In this document: piece by piece, positions 17,393 to 26,185 of the stretch
How positions within the stretch are numbered: position 1 is the stretch's first letter
Layout of the letters: each line of letters starts with the position of its first letter
Origin: Gammaproteobacteria bacterium
Lineage (GTDB): Bacteria > Pseudomonadota > Gammaproteobacteria > SZUA-229
DNA length: 48,882 bases
Direction: 5' to 3'
NCBI GenBank assembly: GCA_026196545.1
Contig: JAPHSZ010000128.1
Location: 1-48,882 of the forward strand
Translations under genes and position numbers: made by a program
Notes under the pieces: generated by a model
What the model saw: the letters and a program-made list of their open reading frames with translations, nothing else
What the model was told of the DNA's origin: nothing
Databases searched by the model: none

Positions 17393-19282
17393 ATGAACTC
17401 ACTACAATTAACCAAAAAACAACAGAAAATAGCCCACCTGATAGAAAAAGGTAAATTAAAAGAAGCCATCAAGCCCCTGCTCCAGCTATGTAAGTTACAG
17501 CCGGATAATACACAATTGTGGTTAAAACTGGCTTCACTTTATGGCCAGACTAATGATTTTCAGAGCGTTATTAAAGTTTGCCGCAAAATTGAGCCCACAC
17601 AACAACATAATCCTATCCTGCATTCCCTATTAGGCAATGCCTATGCCAGCCTGAACAACATGGAGAAGGCCCATGAATGTTATCAGCAGGCACTGGAGCT
17701 ACAGCCCAACGACCCTGGGCTTTTAAATAATCTTGGTAATGCCCTGTATCTGGATAACAAACTTGATGAAGCTGCAGAGATATTTCAACGTGTAATTACT
17801 CTCAGCCCCAACTATGCTGATGCCCATAATAATCTTGGCAATATATATAAAGCACTTAATGATGATCAGCTTGCTATAAAACACTACCAACAGGCGATAA
17901 AACTGAACCCCCACCTATATCAGACACAGTTAAATTTAGCCCATATGTTTGCGGATCGAATCGGACATCCGGAAATTGCTGAAGATTATTTTAGAAAAGC
18001 ACTGGCGATTGAGCCTGACAATATCGAGGCTTTAAGTGGGGTAAGCAATATGTTGCGTTACCAGGGAAAGCTGGATGAAGCACTGGACATGATCAAACAA
18101 ACCCAGCAAAAGTTTAAAAATGAACCTGGCCCTATTGCTGCCGAGGCCGATATTTATGAGCGTTCAGGAAATTATGATGGTGCCTACAAAATTATTCGAG
18201 ATATGTTGTGCGCTAAAACTGCGCCTCCTATGATTATCAATGTGTTCATGAGGATTTGCCATAGATACGACAGCTGCGATGAAGCGATTAGTGAGGCTGA
18301 AAAACTAACTAATAATACAACTATTAAAATAAGAGATTTGCAGGATACTCATTTTGGGCTTGGCAAACTTTATGACAAACAGAAAAAATATGATGACGCC
18401 TTTGCTCATTACAAAAAAGGCAACGAAGCACTTGATATTTATTTTGAGCCTGAGGTATTTAGAGCTCGCGTAGAAAACCTGATAACAACCTTTAATAAAG
18501 ACAATCTAAGCAAGCTTGCAAAGAGCAGCATTAATACTTCAAAACCCATTTTTATTCTTGGTATGCCGAGATCAGGTACCAGTCTGACCGAGCAGATTCT
18601 GTCCAGCCACCCTGAAGTCGATGGTGCCGGCGAATTGAATGATATAAATGACATTATGGGTAGCCTGTCTAAAACATTACAAAGTCCACTGCCCTACCCA
18701 CAATGCGTGACCTCACTAACTACCGATGCATGTAACCATATCGCCCAGGGTTATCTCAACAGACTCACTAATTTATGCGGAGACAACCGATTTATCACAG
18801 ATAAAATGCCACATAATTTTCTCAATATTGGCCTGATTTCACTATTATTTCCACAGGCCAAAATCATACATTGCGTACGTGATCCAAGAGATATTTGTCT
18901 ATCGATATTTTTTCAAAATTTTGGTTGGCTGCACCCTTATGGAACACGTTTAGACTGGTTAGGATCTTATTTTCAGGAATATGTACGCATTATGAAACAC
19001 TGGGAGCACTCGGTAGATATACCTGTTTACACCGTACGCTATGACGACATGGTCAATGATCAGGAAGCGACGACAAGAAATCTGCTAGCGCACTGCGGGC
19101 TTGAATGGAATGATGCCTGCCTGGACTTCCACAAGTCAGAGCGCGTGGTAGCGACCGCCAGCTATGACCAGGTTCGTCAGAAAATTTACACAAAATCTCA
19201 GGCTCGCTGGAAAAAATATGAAAAGCACATTGCCCCACTGGTTGAACATTTAGGCGATGCCCTTGATGGCTGGCCCAGTTAA
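17393..19282 (+). CDS. TPR-repeat sulfotransferase (N-terminal TPR array plus C-terminal PAPS-dependent sulfotransferase domain)
   Basis: 629 aa, no signal peptide. Multiple 34-aa TPR units (A..Y..AL.L.P). 5'-PSB loop ILGMPRSGTSLTEQIL at about 18551-18590. 3'-PB-like IIHCVRDPRDICLSIFFQ. Confidence 0.8.
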   Translation: MNSLQLTKKQQKIAHLIEKGKLKEAIKPLLQLCKLQPDNTQLWLKLASLYGQTNDFQSVIKVCRKIEPTQQHNPILHSLLGNAYASLNNMEKAHECYQQALELQPNDPGLLNNLGNALYLDNKLDEAAEIFQRVITLSPNYADAHNNLGNIYKALNDDQLAIKHYQQAIKLNPHLYQTQLNLAHMFADRIGHPEIAEDYFRKALAIEPDNIEALSGVSNMLRYQGKLDEALDMIKQTQQKFKNEPGPIAAEADIYERSGNYDGAYKIIRDMLCAKTAPPMIINVFMRICHRYDSCDEAISEAEKLTNNTTIKIRDLQDTHFGLGKLYDKQKKYDDAFAHYKKGNEALDIYFEPEVFRARVENLITTFNKDNLSKLAKSSINTSKPIFILGMPRSGTSLTEQILSSHPEVDGAGELNDINDIMGSLSKTLQSPLPYPQCVTSLTTDACNHIAQGYLNRLTNLCGDNRFITDKMPHNFLNIGLISLLFPQAKIIHCVRDPRDICLSIFFQNFGWLHPYGTRLDWLGSYFQEYVRIMKHWEHSVDIPVYTVRYDDMVNDQEATTRNLLAHCGLEWNDACLDFHKSERVVATASYDQVRQKIYTKSQARWKKYEKHIAPLVEHLGDALDGWPS

Positions 19283-19305
19283 AGCCAGGGTACTGGAATA
19301 TACAA

Positions 19306-21183
19306 ATGCAGGAAAATGTTAGACAAAAAGCTTTAAGACTTTTTCAACAGGGCCATTTCAACAAGGCACGTAGTCTGTACGAAAAAATGTGCAAAAAAAA
19401 TCCGCATGACGCTGAAGCCATGTATATGATTGGATCCATATATGGACAAACAGGCAACTACAAACGCGCTGCTCAGTATTTTAAGAGAACACTGAAACTG
19501 CAACCTGATGCATTTGTAGCTATATGTGGTCTTGCTGCTGCATACAAAAAACTAGGCGAACTCCCAGAAGCAGAAAAAATATTTAAGCAGGCATTAGATG
19601 TACAGCCCGACAATGCTGATTTATTGCTGGAAATAGCGGGTATCTATCTGCAACAAAATAAAATGAACGAAGCAGAGTCATCACTGGCAAAAATACTCTC
19701 AAAAGACCCCAGGAACGCTGAAGCGTTTTATGGACTAGGTGAAGTAGCACATTCACGTCAAAAAATTGATATCGCAGAGAACTATTATAAACAGGCCCTT
19801 GCTATTCAGCCTAAAAACGCTGAAACACACAATCGCCTGGGTCAAATAAAGTATACAAAAGGATTTCGTGACCTTGCTGTTAAATACTATGAAACAGCCA
19901 TCTCAATTCAACCAGACAACTCTGAATTCTGGAGAAATTTAGCGCAATCACAATTGGCGCTGGGGCAGCTCGATAAAGCACATGAATCAATTGATCAGGC
20001 TATAAAAATCAGCCCTAATGATATTGATGCTATTACAACAAAAGCTGGCATATATGAAAAGTCAGGCAATGCAGAAGCTTCCTACAAAACTATAAAACCT
20101 GTTTTAGACAAAAAAATATTAGACACGGGTATTGCTACAACTTATGCATCAATCTGCCATAAACTTGGTCAGTGTAATGAAGCTATTGAATATCTTGATG
20201 CAATTCAAAACAAATTGGACACTTCTAGTCATCTGCTACAATCATTTAATTATACAGTCGGTAAACTATTCGACAAGCTTGGAAACTATGATAGAGCTTT
20301 TAAACATTTTGAAGCAGCGAACAATGCAACTCCAAGTAATTTTTCTGCCATTGAGCATTCAGCTCTGATAGAGAGAATCATGCACGTTTTTAACTGGCAA
20401 TTCATGTCAACGACACCAAGGCCATCATCATTTAACAAAGAAGGTGCCGTATTTATCATTGGTATGCCTAGATCAGGAACATCACTGGTAGAACAAATTC
20501 TTGACAGTCATCCTGACATTTCAGGTGCAGGCGAATTATCAGATATATCAATAATTTCAAATGAAATAGTCAATGTTATAGATCCAGAGACAGGCTTCCC
20601 GGAGTGCTACAAAAAAATAACCAGCGACATACTTGAACAACACGCAAAGAAATATCTCGACAAATTATCCAGCATTTCTTCTGAATCACGTTACGTTACA
20701 GATAAAATGCCACAAAATTTCATATTTCTTGGTCTCATCGCCCTGATGTTCCCCAAAGCAAAAATAATACACTGCGTGCGAAACTCAATTGACACATGCC
20801 TGTCAATTTATTTCCAGCATTTTAATGAAAGCCACAACTATGCGACGCGTCTTGAGGATATTGCATCCTATTACAAGGAATATCGACGCTTAATGGCACA
20901 CTGGAAAATGGTTTTACCATTAACGATCCATGATATAAATTATGAAGAACTGGTAAACTCTCCTAAATCTCACATACATAGTTTGCTTAATTACCTTGAT
21001 CTTGACTGGAGTGATAACTGTCTTAACTTCCATAAATCGTCACGACATGTTCCAACTGCGAGCTATGACCAGGTAACTCGTTCCCTTTACACTAGTTCAC
21101 AGGGACGCTGGAAAAACTATAAAAATCATATTGCACCACTACTGGAATTACTATCATCTTTCAATCAGGAATCAAACATATGA
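19306..21183 (+). CDS. TPR-repeat sulfotransferase, tandem paralog
   Basis: 625 aa with the same architecture. IIGMPRSGTSLVEQIL, IIHCVRNSIDTCLSIYFQ, and C-terminal PTASYDQV...GRWKNYKNHIAPLLELL parallel to the upstream gene. Confidence 0.8.
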   Translation: MQENVRQKALRLFQQGHFNKARSLYEKMCKKNPHDAEAMYMIGSIYGQTGNYKRAAQYFKRTLKLQPDAFVAICGLAAAYKKLGELPEAEKIFKQALDVQPDNADLLLEIAGIYLQQNKMNEAESSLAKILSKDPRNAEAFYGLGEVAHSRQKIDIAENYYKQALAIQPKNAETHNRLGQIKYTKGFRDLAVKYYETAISIQPDNSEFWRNLAQSQLALGQLDKAHESIDQAIKISPNDIDAITTKAGIYEKSGNAEASYKTIKPVLDKKILDTGIATTYASICHKLGQCNEAIEYLDAIQNKLDTSSHLLQSFNYTVGKLFDKLGNYDRAFKHFEAANNATPSNFSAIEHSALIERIMHVFNWQFMSTTPRPSSFNKEGAVFIIGMPRSGTSLVEQILDSHPDISGAGELSDISIISNEIVNVIDPETGFPECYKKITSDILEQHAKKYLDKLSSISSESRYVTDKMPQNFIFLGLIALMFPKAKIIHCVRNSIDTCLSIYFQHFNESHNYATRLEDIASYYKEYRRLMAHWKMVLPLTIHDINYEELVNSPKSHIHSLLNYLDLDWSDNCLNFHKSSRHVPTASYDQVTRSLYTSSQGRWKNYKNHIAPLLELLSSFNQESNI

Positions 21184-21896
21184 GTACCGCTCTGCCCAGG
21201 GTTAATTTTTTTGGGATACCCATATCCACTTATAAATTAAATATTTTTCTCTCAATTTGCGGCATTTATCTACTGGGCATCTTTCTAACATGGTATCTAA
21301 CAGGCATTTTTAAAATACCATTACCTGACGACGTAGCCCTCAGATCATTATCAACAGCTATTCTGCAAACAGTATGTGTAATCATTATTCCTTATTTTTG
21401 GGCAATTAAAAGACTCAAGTTCTCACTACAAGATCTTGGCATTACTACTAAAAAAATTGGCCAATCGACACTTCTTGGCTGCAGCCTGTACTCTTTGGCA
21501 TTAGCCGCATTTATCTATAGCTCATCTGATCCACTAATAAGCAATCATGCAATTAGAACAATGGAGCTGGCTGACGCCTCAACCCTGCTGCTTTCAATGT
21601 CTATCATCGCTGCAGGTACAGATATAGCGACACGTGGTTTTATACTTTTTACACTCGCCAAATTTACTAATTTACCCCTTGCCATTTTTCTACAAAATGC
21701 CGCCTGGTTTTTTGGACACGTTGGCGAAATCAATCTTCTTCAAAATGCTCTTGGCCTCTGGGCAGCGATAGGATTAACACTAATACTTGGAATACTGGGA
21801 GATGTCATTGCATTAAAAACTCGAAATATTGTGGGCCTGGCTATTGCTCATATCCTACTGAATGTCGTATTAACTTTTTATATACGCAGCTTGTAA
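21180..21896 (+). CDS. CPBP (CAAX protease/Abi)-family membrane protein with a non-canonical motif 1
   Basis: 238 aa, about 6-7 TM helices. Motif 2-like WFFGH and motif 3 AHILLN are present. Motif 1 reads TDIATR (21618-21635) where EExxxR is expected. Its ATG overlaps the upstream TGA (ATGA at 21180-21183). Confidence 0.6.
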   Translation: MSTALPRVNFFGIPISTYKLNIFLSICGIYLLGIFLTWYLTGIFKIPLPDDVALRSLSTAILQTVCVIIIPYFWAIKRLKFSLQDLGITTKKIGQSTLLGCSLYSLALAAFIYSSSDPLISNHAIRTMELADASTLLLSMSIIAAGTDIATRGFILFTLAKFTNLPLAIFLQNAAWFFGHVGEINLLQNALGLWAAIGLTLILGILGDVIALKTRNIVGLAIAHILLNVVLTFYIRSL

Positions 21897-21920
21897 TCTT
21901 AAATATTTTCTGACAACCAT

Positions 21921-24191
21921 CTAGCTCATCCTGCTTGCACTCCGACACCACCAGATAATAAGTGCTGAAAATAAAAACATTCCCATTGCAGCTTGCACGA
22001 TAATTCCAAGATTAAATTCAATCAACATATATTGGGAAATAATTACACCTATAACCACACCAACCGACGACATATACCATATCCAGAACCAGACGCTTGG
22101 ATGAAATTTTTGTGTATACGAAGTAGATTGATAATGCACCAAACCCGAACAAAATGAAAACATCACAACTAAAGCAAATATTAATATTTTAGTACTGACA
22201 CCTAGTAAAACCTCAATATCCTGCTCCATACCTAAAAGAACAAAAACGCCTAAAAGCAAAATAACAAGGAAGAGCCATATCTCATTAATACCTTTTGATA
22301 TTATTTTGCCCGCCCTTGTATATGCATAAGGAAAAACAAAAGCAGCTAGCGCAAGTACAATTAAAAAAGAAATAGAAAAATACGAATATCCTAGTGAAGC
22401 TGAAGAAAAAATGGCTGTAGCATAAAGAAGCAAAATAAAAGCAACCACACTGAGAAGAGAATGAAACAATAATATAGATATTACTGGAGAACTTTGTTTT
22501 TCGACTTTATTCAAAGTTCGCATTTTTTGATGCGAGAAAAGCAACCCATATAAACTTACAATGAAAAATAGTGCCGATAAGCCAGCAACAAATGGATGTA
22601 AACCGACAGCCAAATGAAAATAATTTGGCTTAATAATGCTGGATGGCTCAAGATTTATTAGTTTTTTATATTTCCAGCTAGAGGCCCTGGTCAAGTGCAA
22701 AGTCGCATCAGATACTGTAATTCTGTTTAGCTGCTTAAAAAACCTGTAAGGAGGTATATTGTTATTCGCATCGTATATTACCTTCATGATCGGTGCAGAA
22801 TCAATAAGGCGATTTAATGCCTTCAGCTCCTCAGCAGTAAATCTCTGTTTTGAAACTAGTACAAGATAATTATAAGTATCCTTGTACGAAGAATTCTTAT
22901 CAATCTGTAAAACTCGTATATTATTTCTAAAATTTGTTATTTTATCACCAGGATTTTCTGACACCATGCGCCACACATAACTCAGGGCCTTATGCAACAT
23001 GACCTGATCACGAACATTAACAGCCAGCAATCCATTTGTATTAAGTTTATCGTATAGTTTTTTAAAAAACTCAATCGTATAAATAGACTCATGTGAAGCA
23101 GCAGCTCCTATATATGGCTCAGCCACTTGATTAAGTATAGATAGTGAAACAAGATCGTAATTCTCATCAGAATCAATTACTTTCTTTAACCTAGAATTTA
23201 AATCTGAACGGTCACAGTTCATTTCCTTTTTGAAAGAAACACAGTCGTCATAAATGGATGTAGTTTCTGCCCCATACAGTTGTTGAGAAACATCTATCTC
23301 AGGTCCTCTTACGGCAGCAACAGTCAATACTTTTGATGGTTTTTTAAGATCAAAAGGCATCATTACCAACGGATAATGCTTATTCCACCATAAAATGTTT
23401 TCTTGTGTTTTATCGGTAAATGGAACTGAGTTGCTTGCATTATATATTGCCCAGAAATAGTCCTCATTTCGACTTCGTCTTGATGAAACAAGATCAACTC
23501 TGCCACTCGCTCCCCAGATAGTTTTCTCAACAGAACGATAATATCGATCAGGATCATGCAACATGTTTATTGCATGCTTAGTTACTGGATTACCTGATAA
23601 TGACCATTTTGTTATTTGATCGCCTGGGCTACCAGCATCTTCTGCAAACACACCTCCTCCAAGAAACATGAACAGAGCCAATGCTTTTGTGAACACAGAA
23701 ATATTTTTCATCAAAAAAATACTCAGCGTCAATGCTGCAGACGAAAGAACAAAGACCATCCAAATACCATTATTCGCAGTAACAATGAATGATGTTGTCA
23801 TACCTATAACAAAACCAACAAATGAAAGTAACATGCGTATTCTTATTGGTATTGCGTTACTATTATTAGCAACAAATACTGCCAACAATATAACTGGAAA
23901 AATGGTACATAATAAAGCAGTAAAGTAGCTTAGCACGTTCACAAAATTGATAGCATACAATGAATAACTAGATGCAATTAAAAGAAACAATGCAGTCAAT
24001 ATAAACAAATTATAATTTATCTTAACTTTGCTCCTACACATAGCAATACCGATAAGGCATGATGCAATTTCTAATGAAATTGCGGTAACAACAAACTCAT
24101 AGCCAAGATGCAGGTTAATGTAAAAATTCAAACCCAGACAATAAAGTCCAAGCGATATTGAGGCAATTAATACGTTTATCATATACAACAT
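21921..24191 (-). CDS. Polytopic membrane protein (TM block, ~360-aa soluble domain, TM block) with a spermidine-synthase-like central domain
   Basis: 756 aa. About 6 N-terminal and 7 C-terminal hydrophobic helices. The central region has a SpeE-like pattern: KVLTVAAVRGPEID in place of VLIIGGGDGG, and YDLVSLSILN...IYTIEFFKKLYDKLNTNGLLAVNV matching the fDvIivD...lyt.eFy...L.pgGil pattern. Fold assignment rests on motif pattern only. Confidence 0.4.
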   Translation of the reverse strand: MLYMINVLIASISLGLYCLGLNFYINLHLGYEFVVTAISLEIASCLIGIAMCRSKVKINYNLFILTALFLLIASSYSLYAINFVNVLSYFTALLCTIFPVILLAVFVANNSNAIPIRIRMLLSFVGFVIGMTTSFIVTANNGIWMVFVLSSAALTLSIFLMKNISVFTKALALFMFLGGGVFAEDAGSPGDQITKWSLSGNPVTKHAINMLHDPDRYYRSVEKTIWGASGRVDLVSSRRSRNEDYFWAIYNASNSVPFTDKTQENILWWNKHYPLVMMPFDLKKPSKVLTVAAVRGPEIDVSQQLYGAETTSIYDDCVSFKKEMNCDRSDLNSRLKKVIDSDENYDLVSLSILNQVAEPYIGAAASHESIYTIEFFKKLYDKLNTNGLLAVNVRDQVMLHKALSYVWRMVSENPGDKITNFRNNIRVLQIDKNSSYKDTYNYLVLVSKQRFTAEELKALNRLIDSAPIMKVIYDANNNIPPYRFFKQLNRITVSDATLHLTRASSWKYKKLINLEPSSIIKPNYFHLAVGLHPFVAGLSALFFIVSLYGLLFSHQKMRTLNKVEKQSSPVISILLFHSLLSVVAFILLLYATAIFSSASLGYSYFSISFLIVLALAAFVFPYAYTRAGKIISKGINEIWLFLVILLLGVFVLLGMEQDIEVLLGVSTKILIFALVVMFSFCSGLVHYQSTSYTQKFHPSVWFWIWYMSSVGVVIGVIISQYMLIEFNLGIIVQAAMGMFLFSALIIWWCRSASRMS

Positions 24192-24290
24192 ATTTTAGTG
24201 CCTATTTGATCCTGTTTCTTATTCTTCTCAAAGATTGGCCTTTTATTATTCATATACTTCCTGACAAATGTAAGTCGCTAATACTCATAC

Positions 24291-26153
24291 TCATGAGTGA
24301 CTCTTCCAAATCCTTTGATATTCATTTTCTAACGATACCACAAAAGCCCTACCATCAAATAATATAGATTTTTGAAGATAATCACGTTGCCTGTCTCTGT
24401 TATATTTAAGCAGGTCAGTATTTTTAGCCAAGCTGGCTGCCTTATCGATATATTCTTCCTCGCTATTAGTGATCAAGTCTTTCTGATTGACTGCAGTTAG
24501 CAAACTAGCGCCTACTCTTGCAGCATGATAATCACCACATAATGCAACAACTGGCACTCCCATCCATAATGCTTCGCATGTTGTCGTCGTCCCATTATAA
24601 GGAAAGGTATCTAATGCAATATCAATTTTGTCATATAACGACAAATGCTCATTTCGTGTAGGGGTGTGTCCAATTAAATTAATGCGATTACCCTCTATTC
24701 CAAACTGCTGAAATTTCTTAATATATGTTTCTCTGGTTTTTAAATCAGTCAGTGATGGGTTCTTCACAAGCAATTTACTATCTGGCAATCGTTTGAGTAT
24801 TCTGCACCAAACATCTATCACCTTATCGTTTATTTTTGCTAAATTATTAAATGAACCAAAAGTAATAAATCCATTTTGAATAACTGGCGGCTCAGATACA
24901 TCTGGTGAATTATCATCTGGTTTGTATGTCAAAAAACACTCTGGCAATCGACAGAGTTCTTCGCTGTAGAATATATCCTGCCCTTCAGGATCGGCAATAG
25001 CATCAGTAATTCGATACTGGATAGCCTTCATGCCTGTTGTGTTAGGATAACCTAAATATGTAATTTGTACCGGAGCTGGTTTTTTTGCAAATGCCAATAG
25101 TGCATTACTAGCTGTATGCCCTGTAAGATCAACCATAATATCTATCTCATCTGACTTTACAGCGTCAGCCAATTCACTGTCCGTCATAACAGAGGCATCA
25201 CGCCATACATCAAAGAAGCCTTTTAGTCGTGCTGTTACAGCATCTTCCTTTTTTGAAGAATAATAAGCATATGTCTTGAATTTGTTCTTATCGTGATATT
25301 CAATTATAGGTTCAATGAAATAAGCCACTGAATGCTCACGAAAATCTGGTGAATAATAACCTATACGCAAGACTTCCTTATTTTTATCACATGCATGATG
25401 CGCTATATAATTTAAAGGGTTATCAAAAGTATCGCCCCATTTGTTATGCTCATCATACAGCTCCTGCTGACTAACATCTTCCATATAGTTAAGTGTCAGA
25501 AGCAAATTAGAGAATACTCGTGTATTTTTAGGTTGCTTAATAAGGCCAGCACGATATACTTCTATAGATTCTTTGTAGCGCCCCTGTGAGACAAGGACAC
25601 TTCCAAGATTATCATATATGTTCAAGCTCGGATTTAACTGTAGCGCCTTTCGGTAACACGCCTCTGCCCTGCTTAACTCACCCTGTGCCTGATAGACACT
25701 ACCCAGATTTGAATGTGTTTCCGGCTGACCTGGATTTATTCTTAGTGACCTGCCAAATGTCTCTATTGCTTTTTCATGATCATTTAACATCATGTATACA
25801 TGTGCTAAACAATCCAGCTTTTGAGTATTTTCAGAATCCTTTAAAAGTGATTTTTTGAACGCATTAGCGGCTGCCAGGTAGTCACCAGAGTCTCTTAATG
25901 CAATTCCATAGTTATATAAGATGGAGGAGTCGTCTGGTTTTATCTCCAATGATTTTTTAAAGAATTCAGCAGCTTTTACATGTTCATTTCTAAAACCTTC
26001 TACGTACCCCCTATATAACCAAATCTCTGCATCTCGTGGAGCCTTGCGTGCAAGTTGAATTAGTATTTTTTCTGCTGAATCAAAATCATTATTTTCAATA
26101 AATTGCTTTACCTTTTTTAACTTTGACCTGTGAAGAATATTACTTTTTGCCAT
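24291..26153 (-). CDS. TPR-repeat glycosyltransferase, GT41 (O-GlcNAc transferase/SPINDLY-like)
   Basis: 620 aa, no signal peptide. About 6 N-terminal TPR units. C-terminal motifs IGYYSPDFREHSVAYF, ITYLGYPNTTGM and LDTFPYNGTTTTCEALWMGVPVV are characteristic of bacterial OGT-like proteins. Confidence 0.8.
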   Translation of the reverse strand: MAKSNILHRSKLKKVKQFIENNDFDSAEKILIQLARKAPRDAEIWLYRGYVEGFRNEHVKAAEFFKKSLEIKPDDSSILYNYGIALRDSGDYLAAANAFKKSLLKDSENTQKLDCLAHVYMMLNDHEKAIETFGRSLRINPGQPETHSNLGSVYQAQGELSRAEACYRKALQLNPSLNIYDNLGSVLVSQGRYKESIEVYRAGLIKQPKNTRVFSNLLLTLNYMEDVSQQELYDEHNKWGDTFDNPLNYIAHHACDKNKEVLRIGYYSPDFREHSVAYFIEPIIEYHDKNKFKTYAYYSSKKEDAVTARLKGFFDVWRDASVMTDSELADAVKSDEIDIMVDLTGHTASNALLAFAKKPAPVQITYLGYPNTTGMKAIQYRITDAIADPEGQDIFYSEELCRLPECFLTYKPDDNSPDVSEPPVIQNGFITFGSFNNLAKINDKVIDVWCRILKRLPDSKLLVKNPSLTDLKTRETYIKKFQQFGIEGNRINLIGHTPTRNEHLSLYDKIDIALDTFPYNGTTTTCEALWMGVPVVALCGDYHAARVGASLLTAVNQKDLITNSEEEYIDKAASLAKNTDLLKYNRDRQRDYLQKSILFDGRAFVVSLENEYQRIWKSHS

Positions 26154-26185
26154 TATATTTAAAATGAATAGTTACAAAATAAAAA

